A stretch of 64,000 nt of DNA from an uncultured Pelagibacteraceae bacterium (GTDB taxonomy: Bacteria > Pseudomonadota > Alphaproteobacteria > Pelagibacterales > Pelagibacteraceae), in assembly GCA_902560225.1 (NCBI GenBank), contig CACEKT010000002.1, forward strand, positions 932 through 64,931, read 5' to 3'. This document shows, in pieces, positions 21,028 through 31,596 of the stretch. The notes under the pieces were generated by a model. The model did no database searches. It was given only the letters and a program-made list of their open reading frames with translations, and was not told where the DNA came from. The translations under genes were made by a program, and so were the position numbers. Position 1 is the first letter of the stretch; each line of letters opens with the position of its first letter.

Positions 21028-22119
21028 TGAACGACAAATATCAAGACTACAAAAAAGAAATAGAAAAGATTAATCAAAGAGTTAAGGAGTATCTTTGAAA
21101 AAAATAATATCTATTCAAAACTTGAGACGTTAAATAAAAAAATGCTAGATGCCAATTTTTGGCAAGATAAAAATAATTCTAAGAAAGTAGTAAAAGAAAA
21201 AAAATTATTTGAAGATTTAATTAATTCTCAGAATAATTCTATTAAAAAATTAACTGATTTGAATGATTTATATGAACTTGCAACGGAAGAACAAAATATA
21301 TCACTACAAGAAGAGATACTGAGTAATTTAATAGAATTGAGATTTTCAGTAAAAAAAAATGAAGTTAAATGTTTTTTGTCAAATGAGGCTGACCCTTTAG
21401 ATGGTTACATCGAAATTCATGCTGGTGCTGGAGGAACTGAAAGCCAAGATTGGGCTGAAATGTTAAGAAGGATGTATCTTAAGTGGTCTGATCAAAAAAA
21501 TTTTAAATCAAATTTGATTAGTGAACACAAAGGAGACGAAGCAGGGATTAAATCTGCAACAATTAAAATAGAAGGTGATTACGTTTTTGGATGGCTTAAA
21601 AAAGAGTCTGGCATACATAGATTAGTTAGAATATCACCATTTGACTCTGGAGCTAGAAGACATACAAGTTTTGCAAGTGTATGGGTTTATCCAGTAGTAG
21701 ATGAAAATATAAATATAGAAATTAATGAAAAAGATTTAAGAATTGATACTTATCGATCTAGTGGAGCTGGAGGACAACATGTTAATACTACTGATAGTGC
21801 AGTTAGAATAACTCACATACCAACTAAAATTGTAGTTCAATGTCAAAATGAAAGATCACAACATAAGAATAAAGAAACATGTATGAATATGCTTAAAGCA
21901 AGATTGTATGATTATGAGATCCAAAAAAGAGAGCAAGAAAATCAAGATATAGAAAAATCAAAGGTAGAAATAGGTTGGGGTCATCAAATAAGATCATATG
22001 TTTTACAGCCATATAGACTTGTAAAAGATAATAGAACTAACTTTGAGAGCACAAGTCCAGATAAGGTTTTAGATGGTGATATTGATGATTTTTTAGAACA
22101 ATCCCTTTATCAAATTTAA
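21027..22119 (+). CDS. prfB: Peptide chain release factor 2 with programmed +1 frameshift
   Basis: ATG 21027 opens 23 codons ending AAG GAG TAT CTT TGA. The +1 frame continues into the ORF carrying SPF and GGQ motifs. Confidence 0.96.
21085..21099 (+). promoter_or_regulatory. prfB frameshift cassette (internal SD AGGAG, 3-nt spacer, CTT TGA A)
   Basis: aggagtatctttgaa, with CTT at 21093-21095 and TGA at 21096-21098. Confidence 0.93.
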
Positions 22120-24536
22120 TGAACAAAAATATTTTTAAATTTATAATAATCACATTTTCAGTTTTTATTGTTCTAACAATTTATTTGTCATTAGTCGGTA
22201 TAGAGACTGAAAAATTTAATAATCAAATAAAAGATAGAATTATTCAAGCGAATAATAATTTAGATATTAAACTAAAAAAAATAAAATTAACCCTCGATCC
22301 AATAAATTTAAAAGTAAATGCAAAAACAGTCGGAGCAACAATTTCTTACTCTAAAAAGACTTTATCCTTAGAGCACATAAAAACGCAAGTTTCATTGATC
22401 TCATTGATTAAAAATAAGATTATTTCATCAAATATAGAGATAGCAACCAGATCTATATTATTAAAAGATTTAGTTGGATTTATAAAAGCTATAAATAATA
22501 CACCTCAATTATTTATTTTGGAAAAAACTATTAATAATGGGTTTATTACTTTAGATATAAAGTTAAATTTTGATGAATTTGGAAATATCAAAAACGATTA
22601 TGAAGTAAGTGGTTTCCTTCAAGATGGAAAAATAAATTTCTTAAGAAAAAATAATTTTGAAAATATAAATTTCAATTTTAATCTAACAAAAGATAATTAC
22701 AAATTTAAAGAAATAAGATTAACAAATAATAAAATAAATTTTGTTTCTAAATTATTAAATATTAAAAAAAAACAAAGCACTTTTTTTCTTGAAGGAGATT
22801 TTGAAAATAAAAAGGCAGTTCTAGATTCAAATTTTTTAAACTTGTTACAACTAAATCTTAAAGATATAAATATAGAGAAGACTAATTTTGAATCAAAAAA
22901 TAGATTTTCATTTGAAATTAATAACCAATTTAAGTTTAAGAATGTTATTTTAAATTCAGATATAAGTATTGATCAATTACAATATAAAAAACCAGAATTT
23001 ATTGATAATTATCTTATAGATATAAATAAAATAATTTTATTAAAAGATCATAAGTTAAAATTAGATTATAATAAAAATAAGCTTTCAGTCAAAGGTGCAG
23101 GTAAAATCCAATTAGATAAAAAATTTGATAATATTGAATATTCGATAAATAAAAGAGAAGATGATCTAAGTTTCGTTTCAAATTTAAATATAGAAAATAT
23201 TAATTTAAATAAACATAAATTTTTAGATAATTTTTTTCCTTTTATACAAAGTAAAATTAATTTACAAAATCAAAAAATTAATGTTAATTATAAAAATAAA
23301 AATCTATCTTTATCTGGAAAAGGAAAGGTAAAAATCGATAAAGAATTAGATAAAATTAAGTATTTAATATCAAATAAAAATGACAGTTATAATTTTGATA
23401 TTGATCTAAATTTAGAGAAAACAAAATTTTCAATTCCTAATTTAAATTACCAAAAAAAAGATAAAACAATTTCTCAATTAAAAATTAAAGGAAATCTTGA
23501 ACAAAATAAAAATTTAAGTCTTAATTATCTTAGTATTTTTGAAAATAATAACAAAATTGAAATAAGCAACCTACTGTTAGGAAAAAATAATTTAATTATA
23601 AATTTAGATAAAGCAAATTTTGATTATTTAGATGCAGATAATAAACAAAATCAATTTATAATTAAAAAAAAAGATAAAAATAATTACGAATTAAATGGCC
23701 TATCATTTAATGCAAATTCTTTGATAACCAGTCTTCTAGATGATAAAAGTGAAAATGAAAGTAGGATTTTTAAAAATAATATAAATTTATATCTAAATGT
23801 AGATCAAGTTTATATTGATGAAATATATTTCATTAAAAATTTAAATGGAAAACTATTTATTGAAAAAAATAAAGTTAATAAAGCTAGTTTATTGGCAAAT
23901 TTTAAAGATAAAGAAAAAATATTTTTTTCTATTAATATAGATGAAAAAGGAAATAAAATTACAACCCTTACATCATCTTGGGCTAAACCTTTGGTTAATA
24001 GATATAAATTTATTAAGGGGTTTGACGAAGGATATTTAGATTTTCATTCTTCAAAAAAAAATGGGGTTTCAAATTCACTATTAGTTATAGATAATTTTAA
24101 AGTTAAAGAAATCCCAGTATTAGCTAAGTTGTTAGCTTTAGCCTCTTTGCAAGGAATTGCAGATTTGCTTACTGGTGAAGGTATAAGATTTACAGATTTT
24201 GAAATGAAATTTTCAAATGATAAAAAACTTATGACAATTGAAGAATTATACGCAATAGGTCCCTCCATATCGGTGTTAATGGAGGGCTATATTCAAACTG
24301 ACGAATTGATTAGCTTACGTGGCACATTAGTTCCTGCATCAACCATTAATAGATCAATTGCATCAATACCCTTAATTGGAGATTTATTAATTGGAAAAAA
24401 AGTTGGAGAAGGAGTTTTTGGAGTTAGTTTTAAAATTAAGGGATCACCAAAAAATCTGGAAACAAAGGTAAATCCAATAAAAACTTTAACACCTAGATTT
24501 ATAACGAGAACTTTAGAAAAAATTAAAAAAAATTAG
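22119..24536 (+). CDS. AsmA-like/YhdP-type membrane-anchored periplasmic protein
   Basis: N-terminal TM and a long beta-rich body. C-terminal GEGIRF..GPSI..RGTLVPA..IPLIGDLLIG..GEGVFGVSF..VNP..LTP. Adjacent to tyrS. Confidence 0.8.
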   Translation: MNKNIFKFIIITFSVFIVLTIYLSLVGIETEKFNNQIKDRIIQANNNLDIKLKKIKLTLDPINLKVNAKTVGATISYSKKTLSLEHIKTQVSLISLIKNKIISSNIEIATRSILLKDLVGFIKAINNTPQLFILEKTINNGFITLDIKLNFDEFGNIKNDYEVSGFLQDGKINFLRKNNFENINFNFNLTKDNYKFKEIRLTNNKINFVSKLLNIKKKQSTFFLEGDFENKKAVLDSNFLNLLQLNLKDINIEKTNFESKNRFSFEINNQFKFKNVILNSDISIDQLQYKKPEFIDNYLIDINKIILLKDHKLKLDYNKNKLSVKGAGKIQLDKKFDNIEYSINKREDDLSFVSNLNIENINLNKHKFLDNFFPFIQSKINLQNQKINVNYKNKNLSLSGKGKVKIDKELDKIKYLISNKNDSYNFDIDLNLEKTKFSIPNLNYQKKDKTISQLKIKGNLEQNKNLSLNYLSIFENNNKIEISNLLLGKNNLIINLDKANFDYLDADNKQNQFIIKKKDKNNYELNGLSFNANSLITSLLDDKSENESRIFKNNINLYLNVDQVYIDEIYFIKNLNGKLFIEKNKVNKASLLANFKDKEKIFFSINIDEKGNKITTLTSSWAKPLVNRYKFIKGFDEGYLDFHSSKKNGVSNSLLVIDNFKVKEIPVLAKLLALASLQGIADLLTGEGIRFTDFEMKFSNDKKLMTIEELYAIGPSISVLMEGYIQTDELISLRGTLVPASTINRSIASIPLIGDLLIGKKVGEGVFGVSFKIKGSPKNLETKVNPIKTLTPRFITRTLEKIKKN
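22944..23387 (+). repeat. Diverged internal 74-aa tandem duplication in the AsmA-like protein
   Basis: Units 22944..23165 and 23166..23387 align without gaps, 23/74 identities by hand (F.DN..I..I.L..K..Y..LS..G.GK..DK..D.I.Y.I). Confidence 0.8.
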
Positions 24537-25762
24537 CTTAACTCGATTTTAATATGTCTTTTTTTTCCTATTGATAGTTTTAGATAATTTTTTTCAAATA
24601 AATCTTCATTAATAATAAATTTTTCATCAGACACAACATTATCATTAATTTTAATAGCACTACCTTTAACAAGTCTTCTTATTTCACTCTTTGAATTTTC
24701 TAATTTTGATAATAAAATAAGATCTATAATACTAATTTTTTTTTTATCATTTTCAAATTTGATATTTACTGTTGGTAAATTTGATCCTAAAGAGTTACCA
24801 GAAAATGCTTCTCTTGCTGCTTCCTCAGAATTTTTAGCTGCTTTTTCTCCGTGAAGCATAGCAGTGGTTTGATTTGCTAGAAGTATTTTTAATTCATTTA
24901 TATCTTTATCCTTTATAGATTCGATTTCATTTATTTTAAGATCAGTAAACATTTTTAAAAATTTGATTACATCTCTATCATCTATGTTTCTCCAAAACTG
25001 CCAATAATCATAAGATGATAAAAATTTTTCATCTAACCATATTGCACCACTCTCCGTCTTACCCATTTTTGCACCTGATGCTAAGGTAATGAGTGGAGTT
25101 GTAAGTCCAAAAGCTTGATTATTAGAATATCTTTTTATAAGTTCAACACCATTTACAATGTTCCCCCATTGATCTGATCCACCCATTTGTAATACACAAT
25201 TTTCTTTTTTATTTAATTCAAGAAAATCATATGCTTGTAGGATCATGTAGTTGAACTCCATATAACTTAGTGATTGTTCTCTATCCAATCTTAACTTAAC
25301 ACTATCAAATGTTAACATCCTGTTGATTGTAAAATGTTTTCCAATATCTCTTAAAAAAGAAATATAATTTAAATTCTTAAGCCAAGAATAATTATTAACA
25401 AAAATTGGTTTTGTATCAGGGTTATCATTATCTAAAAATTTTTTTAAAATACTTTTAATATTTTTAATATTTTTTTCAATTTCATCATCTTTAAGTATTT
25501 TTCTAGTTTTATCTTTTCCTGAGGGATCACCAATCCGTGTGGTTCCTCCTCCAAGCAAAACAATTGGTCTATGACCATTTTTTTGTAATAATCTGAGGCA
25601 CATTATTTGCAGCAAGCTACCAACATGTAAGCTTTCAGCCGTACAATCAAATCCTATATAACCTTTAATCTTTTCTTTGTTTACTAAACTTGTTAATTCC
25701 TCTTCATCAGTGCATTGATAGAAGAAACCTCTATCTTTAAATTCTTTTAAAAATTTATTCAT
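24533..25762 (-). CDS. tyrS: Tyrosine-tRNA ligase
   Basis: GFDCTAESLHVGS, GGSDQWGN and KMGKT motifs. Confidence 0.97.
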   Translation of the reverse strand: MNKFLKEFKDRGFFYQCTDEEELTSLVNKEKIKGYIGFDCTAESLHVGSLLQIMCLRLLQKNGHRPIVLLGGGTTRIGDPSGKDKTRKILKDDEIEKNIKNIKSILKKFLDNDNPDTKPIFVNNYSWLKNLNYISFLRDIGKHFTINRMLTFDSVKLRLDREQSLSYMEFNYMILQAYDFLELNKKENCVLQMGGSDQWGNIVNGVELIKRYSNNQAFGLTTPLITLASGAKMGKTESGAIWLDEKFLSSYDYWQFWRNIDDRDVIKFLKMFTDLKINEIESIKDKDINELKILLANQTTAMLHGEKAAKNSEEAAREAFSGNSLGSNLPTVNIKFENDKKKISIIDLILLSKLENSKSEIRRLVKGSAIKINDNVVSDEKFIINEDLFEKNYLKLSIGKKRHIKIELS

Positions 25763-25807
25763 AAGTTTATAGTCACAATATACAAATTTTTTTTAAAAAG
25801 AATATCA

Positions 25808-26953
25808 ATGAAAAAAAAATTATATACAGCAATAGGGCTGATGAGTGGAACTTCAATGGATGGTATTGATGTATCTGTAATTAGTTCAGATGGATATGAT
25901 CAATTTATCATCATTTTGAATGAATATTTTGAATATGATAATAAGCTCCAACAACAATTAATTGATCTAAGGAAGATAGTTTCAACAAAAGAAGATTTAA
26001 CAAAAAACTCTAAAGAATTAAAAGAATTAGAGAGAAATTTAACACTTTTTCATGCAGATAAAGTTGATCAAATCTCTCTAAAATTAAAAGTTCCAATAGA
26101 TTTAATAGGGTTTCATGGACAAACTATTTTTCATAATTCACAAAAAAAAGTCTCAAAACAATTAGGAGATGGAGTATTACTGTCTCAATTAGTAAAAAAA
26201 AAGGTTGTCTACGATTTTAGGCAAGCAGATCTTCAAAATAATGGTCAAGGAGCTCCTCTTACACCTATCTTTCACTATCTATTGTCAAAAAAAATTAATG
26301 AAAAAAAAAATACAGGACTTCCATTGGGTTTTTTAAATATTGGAGGAATAACAAATGTTACGAAAGTAATTAAAATTTCAGGAGATATTAAAGAAAATTT
26401 ACTAGCATTTGATATAGGCCCAGGAAATTGTTTAATTGATGATTGGGTTAGGAATAATTCAGACAAAAAATTTGACAAAAATGGAGAGTTAGCAAGATCA
26501 GGAAAAATCAATAAATTAATTTTAAATCAAACTATAGAAAATTTTAAAATTGAAAAATATTCTGAATCATTAGATATAAAAGATTTTGATGTATCTTTTG
26601 TAAGAGGTTTATCTTTAGAAGATGGATGTGCAACAGTAACAGATTTTACAGGATACTTAATCGCAAAGGGTTTAGAATACTTAAATAGTAAAAATGAAAC
26701 TATTAAATTTTTAGTTTGTGGCGGAGGAAGGAAAAATAATTTTCTTATCAATTGTATTAATAATAATTTATCAAATAAAAATAAAATTATTTTAGAGTCT
26801 ATAGAAAAATATAGTTTTGATGGTGATTTTATAGAGTCACAGGCATTTGGTTATCTTGCTATAAGATCGTTACTAAACCTTCCAATATCTTTCCCAAAAA
26901 CAACTGGATGCAATTCATCAATAACAGGTGGTAAATTGGTTAAAAACTTTTAA
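25808..26953 (+). CDS. anmK: Anhydro-N-acetylmuramic acid kinase
   Basis: GLMSGTSMDGID, GFHGQTIFH, GQGAPL, NIGGI and DIGPGN motifs. Confidence 0.94.
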   Translation: MKKKLYTAIGLMSGTSMDGIDVSVISSDGYDQFIIILNEYFEYDNKLQQQLIDLRKIVSTKEDLTKNSKELKELERNLTLFHADKVDQISLKLKVPIDLIGFHGQTIFHNSQKKVSKQLGDGVLLSQLVKKKVVYDFRQADLQNNGQGAPLTPIFHYLLSKKINEKKNTGLPLGFLNIGGITNVTKVIKISGDIKENLLAFDIGPGNCLIDDWVRNNSDKKFDKNGELARSGKINKLILNQTIENFKIEKYSESLDIKDFDVSFVRGLSLEDGCATVTDFTGYLIAKGLEYLNSKNETIKFLVCGGGRKNNFLINCINNNLSNKNKIILESIEKYSFDGDFIESQAFGYLAIRSLLNLPISFPKTTGCNSSITGGKLVKNF

Positions 26954-27606
26954 TATAGTGCTGTCTCTTTTTTAATATATTTATCAAGATTTTTTGTAAG
27001 AACATCTTCTGTTTTAGTAAAAAAATGATTAGCTTCAGTAATAGATTGAAATTCTACTTTAATACCTTTTTGAGCGCTTAACCTTTTATTTAATTCTATA
27101 ATATATTCTAATGGAACTAACTCATCTTTTTTACCATATATCATTAATCCTGAAGTAGGACATGGAGATAAAAAAGAAAAATCATATACATTTGGCTGAG
27201 GTGATATTGCAACAAATCTATTAATTTCTGGTCTTCTCATTAATAATTGCATTGCTATTAAAGATCCAAAAGAAAAGCCAGAAACCCAACATTGGGAATT
27301 ATCAAAATTCTCCCTTTCTAACCAGTCTAAAGCAGCAGCAGCGTCTGCAAGCTCACCTTGTCCGTTATCAAATTCTCCATCGCTTTTACCAACACCTCTA
27401 AAGTTTACTCTACAAACTGAAAAATCATTATCCATAAATGTGTGAAAAGTATCTACAACAACTTTATTATTCATAGTACCTCCATATTGAGGATGTGGTT
27501 GTAATACTAATGCAATCGGCGAAGTATTTTTTTTACTTTTATAATATTTAGCTTCTAACCTTCCAGCTGGACCAGGAATAAATATTTCTAATATTTTATT
27601 TTCCAT
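26950..27606 (-). CDS. Alpha/beta hydrolase
   Basis: GPAGRLE, PHPQYGGTMNNKVV, GFSFG nucleophile elbow and ANHFF motifs. Confidence 0.9.
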   Translation of the reverse strand: MENKILEIFIPGPAGRLEAKYYKSKKNTSPIALVLQPHPQYGGTMNNKVVVDTFHTFMDNDFSVCRVNFRGVGKSDGEFDNGQGELADAAAALDWLERENFDNSQCWVSGFSFGSLIAMQLLMRRPEINRFVAISPQPNVYDFSFLSPCPTSGLMIYGKKDELVPLEYIIELNKRLSAQKGIKVEFQSITEANHFFTKTEDVLTKNLDKYIKKETALY

Positions 27607-27689
27607 ATGCGATATTGATTATTATTCTCAAAAAAAAACTAGGTTTATCATAACTGAGCGACAATATGTTAGTTTTTTTATTATAAACT

Positions 27690-27714
27690 ATACTTGACCA
27701 ATTTAGTCAGGTAT
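27690..27714. promoter_or_regulatory. IscR type-1-like operator
   Basis: ATACTTGACCAATTTAGTCAGGTAT, a near-palindrome resembling ATASYYGACTRWWWYAGTCRRSTAT, 30 nt before the Rrf2 gene. Contains a TTGAC -35-like element with TATAA downstream. Confidence 0.8.
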
Positions 27715-27744
27715 GTATAAAAAGCCCATAATTTAAAGGGTAAT

Positions 27745-28170
27745 ATGAAATTAACATCTAAAGGTAGATATGCTGTAATGGCATTGGTAGATCTTGCAAG
27801 GTTTGACAATATCAATCCAGTCTCATTAAGAGATATTTCTTTACGTCAAGGCATATCATTGGATTACCTTGAACAAATTTTTTCTAAATTGAAAAAAGAT
27901 CAAATTGTTAAAAGTATAAGAGGGACTCAAGGAGGATATGTTTTATCAAAAAAACCAAATGAAATAAAACTTACCAATATATTTCATGCAGTTGATGAAA
28001 AAGTTAAAACTGTACAATGTAAAAAAGAATCTAAAAAAGGATGCAATGGTAAAGCAACCAAGTGTGTAACTCATAATCTTTGGGACGAATTAGAAACTCA
28101 TATTAATACATTTTTTGAAAAAAAAAGCTTAGAAGATTTATTAAAAAATAACACAGAACAAAGAGCATAA
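27745..28170 (+). CDS. iscR: Rrf2-family regulator IscR
   Basis: [24 protein letters not shown] and C-x6-C-x6-C..H.LW. Heads the suf operon. Confidence 0.88.
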   Translation: MKLTSKGRYAVMALVDLARFDNINPVSLRDISLRQGISLDYLEQIFSKLKKDQIVKSIRGTQGGYVLSKKPNEIKLTNIFHAVDEKVKTVQCKKESKKGCNGKATKCVTHNLWDELETHINTFFEKKSLEDLLKNNTEQRA

Positions 28171-28171
28171 A

Positions 28172-29614
28172 ATGGATCAAAGACAAAAAGAAATTGAGAA
28201 TTTAAAAGACTATAAGTATGGTTTTTCAACTGATATTGAAAGTATCAAGGCTCCAAAAGGTTTAAGCGAAGAAGTAATTAAATTTATTTCAAATATAAAA
28301 AAAGAACCTAAATGGATGCTTGATTTTAGACTTAAAGCATTTGAAAGATTTAAACAGTTAAAAGAACCAGACTGGCAAAAACCAAAGTATCCAAAGATTG
28401 ATTATCAAGATTTATATTATTATTCAGCACCCAAAAGTATGGATGATAAACCTAAAAGTTTAGATGAATTAGATCCAAAACTTTTAGAGACATATAAAAA
28501 ACTAGGTATCCCTCTTCAAGAACAGGCAAGGTTAAACGGTATTGCTGTAGATGCAGTATTTGACTCAGTCTCAGTTGCTACAACTTTCAGAGAAGAGTTA
28601 TCTAAACTAGGAATTATCTTTTGTCCTATATCAGAGGCTATTCAAAATCATCCTGAATTAGTAAAAAAATATTTAGGATCTGTAATTCCAACAACAGATC
28701 ATTTTTTTGCAACGCTTAATTCTGCAGTTTTTACTGATGGTTCATTTGCATATATACCTGAAGGTGTAAGATGTCCGATGGAATTATCAACCTACTTTAG
28801 AATAAATGCTACAAATACAGGACAGTTTGAAAGAACTTTAATTGTTGCAGATAAAGGAAGTTACGTTAGTTATTTAGAGGGTTGTACGGCACCCATGAGA
28901 GACGAAAATCAATTACATGCTGCAAATGTAGAATTGATAGCACTTGATGAAGCAGAAATAAAATATTCAACCGTTCAAAATTGGTATCCTGGTGATAAAG
29001 ATGGAAAAGGTGGAATTTATAATTTTGTAACTAAGAGAGGACTATGCAAAGGTAAAAATTCTAAAATTTCTTGGACTCAAGTTGAAACAGGTTCAGCCAT
29101 TACTTGGAAATATCCAAGCTGTATTTTAAAAGGAGATAATTCAGTAGGTGAATTTTATTCAATAGCGATTACTAATAATTATCAAAAAGCAGACACAGGA
29201 ACTAAAATGATCCATCTGGGTAAAAATACAAAAAGTAAGATTATTTCTAAAGGAATAAGTGCTGGATTTTCCGATATGACATACAGAGGTCTTGTCGACA
29301 TTTCATCTAAAGCCTCAAATTCTAACAATTATACTCAATGTGACTCATTATTAATGGGTAATAAATGTGGAGCACATACGGTTCCATATATTAAGAATAA
29401 AAATTCTGAATCAAGCATTGCTCACGAGGCAACAACTTCAAAGATTAGTGAAGAGCAATTACACTATTGTCAACAACGGGGCCTGAGTGCAGAAGAGGCT
29501 GTTGGACTGATTGTAAATGGATTTTGCAAAGAAGTTCTACAGCAGCTGCCAATGGAATTTGCAGTTGAAGCTCAAAAGCTTGTGGGTATCAGTTTAGAGG
29601 GAAGTGTTGGTTAA
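28172..29614 (+). CDS. sufB: Fe-S assembly scaffold SufB
   Basis: [24 protein letters not shown] and HEATTSKI motifs. Confidence 0.97.
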   Translation: MDQRQKEIENLKDYKYGFSTDIESIKAPKGLSEEVIKFISNIKKEPKWMLDFRLKAFERFKQLKEPDWQKPKYPKIDYQDLYYYSAPKSMDDKPKSLDELDPKLLETYKKLGIPLQEQARLNGIAVDAVFDSVSVATTFREELSKLGIIFCPISEAIQNHPELVKKYLGSVIPTTDHFFATLNSAVFTDGSFAYIPEGVRCPMELSTYFRINATNTGQFERTLIVADKGSYVSYLEGCTAPMRDENQLHAANVELIALDEAEIKYSTVQNWYPGDKDGKGGIYNFVTKRGLCKGKNSKISWTQVETGSAITWKYPSCILKGDNSVGEFYSIAITNNYQKADTGTKMIHLGKNTKSKIISKGISAGFSDMTYRGLVDISSKASNSNNYTQCDSLLMGNKCGAHTVPYIKNKNSESSIAHEATTSKISEEQLHYCQQRGLSAEEAVGLIVNGFCKEVLQQLPMEFAVEAQKLVGISLEGSVG

Positions 29615-30348
29615 TGTTAAAAATAAATAAATTAAATGCAAAGATAGATAACAAAGAAATTTTGAAAGAATTTTCTCTCAATATTAATCCTGGAGAAGTT
29701 CATGCTATAATGGGTCCAAATGGATCTGGTAAAAGTACGTTATCAAATATTTTGTCAGGAAAAAAAGGTTATGAAATCTCAGGAGAAGTTCTTTTTGAAG
29801 AAAAAGATTTATTTGAACTTGAGACAGAAGAAAGGGCACACAAAGGTATTTTTTTAGCTTTTCAATATCCTTTAGAAATTCCAGGAGTTAACACAAATAT
29901 ATTTTTAAAGACTTCACTAAACGCAGTGAGGAAAGCAAGAGGTGAAAAAGAGCTTGACGCTATAGAATTTTTAAAGCTGGTAAAGAAAAAATCACAAGAA
30001 CTCAAATTTGATGAAGAGAAATTAAATCGACAACTCAATGTTGGTTTTTCAGGCGGAGAAAAAAAGAAAAATGAAATTTTACAAATGTCATTATTGGCAC
30101 CAAAATTATCAATTTTAGATGAAACAGATTCAGGTCTAGATATTGATGCTTTAAAAATTGTAGCTGATGGAGTTAATACATTAAGAGATGATAAAAAATC
30201 ATTTTTAATAATTACACATTATCAAAGATTACTTGATTACATTAAACCTGATTTTGTTCATGTTTTAATGAATGGAAAAATTGTTAAATCTGGAGACGCA
30301 GACTTAGCCTTAGAATTAGAAAAAAAGGGGTATGAAAGTTTTCACTAA
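29614..30348 (+). CDS. sufC: Fe-S assembly ATPase SufC
   Basis: GPNGSGKS, GFSGGEKK and LDETDSGLDID motifs. Confidence 0.96.
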   Translation: MLKINKLNAKIDNKEILKEFSLNINPGEVHAIMGPNGSGKSTLSNILSGKKGYEISGEVLFEEKDLFELETEERAHKGIFLAFQYPLEIPGVNTNIFLKTSLNAVRKARGEKELDAIEFLKLVKKKSQELKFDEEKLNRQLNVGFSGGEKKKNEILQMSLLAPKLSILDETDSGLDIDALKIVADGVNTLRDDKKSFLIITHYQRLLDYIKPDFVHVLMNGKIVKSGDADLALELEKKGYESFH

Positions 30349-31596
30349 ATGAAAGAGCAATTACAAAAAGATTTTAATAATATTATTAAAAATTTAAGTT
30401 TATCTCAAAAAGATATTGAAATAAAAAAATTTTATTTAGATAATTTTATAAATAGAGGATTTCCAAATAGAAGAGAAGAAGAGTGGAAATTTTCAGATCT
30501 TAATCAAATAATAAAAAAAAATATTGGGGAACTAAGTTTTTATAGTGATTATACATCTACTAATAAAGTTGATACATCAGTTTTCGTAGATGGACTAGAA
30601 CACAATAAAATAGTCTTTATTAATGGCAGAATTGAAAAAATTGATTTTGATTATGAAAAGAAAGATAAAATAGAAATAATTGATCAGTCAGAAAGTATTA
30701 ATAAATTTAATAATAATAATTCCTTATCCGACTTAAATAATGCCTTTACTAACAAATCTTTTAAAATACTTGTTAAAAAGGGGTATCAGTTTTCAAAACC
30801 ACTTATTATATATCACACAACCAACTCTAAAATTTGGTCTAAAAATATAAATTTAAGATTAAATTTTGAACTGGATAAAGATAGTTCTTTAAGGCTAATT
30901 GACTTATTCAACGATACTTCAGAAAAAAATTTTCTAAACATTTTTTACAACTTTGATTTAAAAGAAAATTCGGTTTTAAAAAATTACAAAGTAGATAAAT
31001 TCGAAAATAAAAATATTAAATATTCCTTTAACAATATTCAGCAAGACAAAAATAGTATTTCGGAAACATTTATTTTATCTTCAGGATCGAATTTCTTTAA
31101 AAATGAAATTAATTGTAATCTAAATGGAGAATACTCTTCAGCTTTTGTTAATGGTATTCTCTCTCTCAATAATGATAAACATCATGAAATTAGAACAATA
31201 ATAAATCATTTAACTGAAAACACGAAAAGCTATCAACTAATTAAAAGTGTTTTAGAAGAAAGTTCTAAAGCAGTGTATCAAGGAAAAATATTTGTTAATT
31301 CAAAAGCTCAGAAAACAGATGGATATCAACTAAGTAAAGCAATATTGTTAAATAAAGATTCAGAGTTTAATGCTAAACCAGAATTAGAAATTTATGCTGA
31401 CGACGTAAAGTGTTCGCATGGCTCTTCATCAGGTAGTTTAAATGAAAACGCAATTTTCTATTTGATGACTAGAGGATTAAACTATCAGCAATCAAGAGAA
31501 CTATTAATTAATGGTTTTTTACTGGATGTAGTAGAAAAAATCACTGACTCGGAAATAAAAAATTTAATTAAAAATATGATTGGAATAAAAGAATGA
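30349..31596 (+). CDS. sufD: Fe-S assembly protein SufD
   Basis: EEWKFSD, AQKTDGYQ and KPELEIYADDVKCSHG motifs. Confidence 0.94.
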   Translation: MKEQLQKDFNNIIKNLSLSQKDIEIKKFYLDNFINRGFPNRREEEWKFSDLNQIIKKNIGELSFYSDYTSTNKVDTSVFVDGLEHNKIVFINGRIEKIDFDYEKKDKIEIIDQSESINKFNNNNSLSDLNNAFTNKSFKILVKKGYQFSKPLIIYHTTNSKIWSKNINLRLNFELDKDSSLRLIDLFNDTSEKNFLNIFYNFDLKENSVLKNYKVDKFENKNIKYSFNNIQQDKNSISETFILSSGSNFFKNEINCNLNGEYSSAFVNGILSLNNDKHHEIRTIINHLTENTKSYQLIKSVLEESSKAVYQGKIFVNSKAQKTDGYQLSKAILLNKDSEFNAKPELEIYADDVKCSHGSSSGSLNENAIFYLMTRGLNYQQSRELLINGFLLDVVEKITDSEIKNLIKNMIGIKE

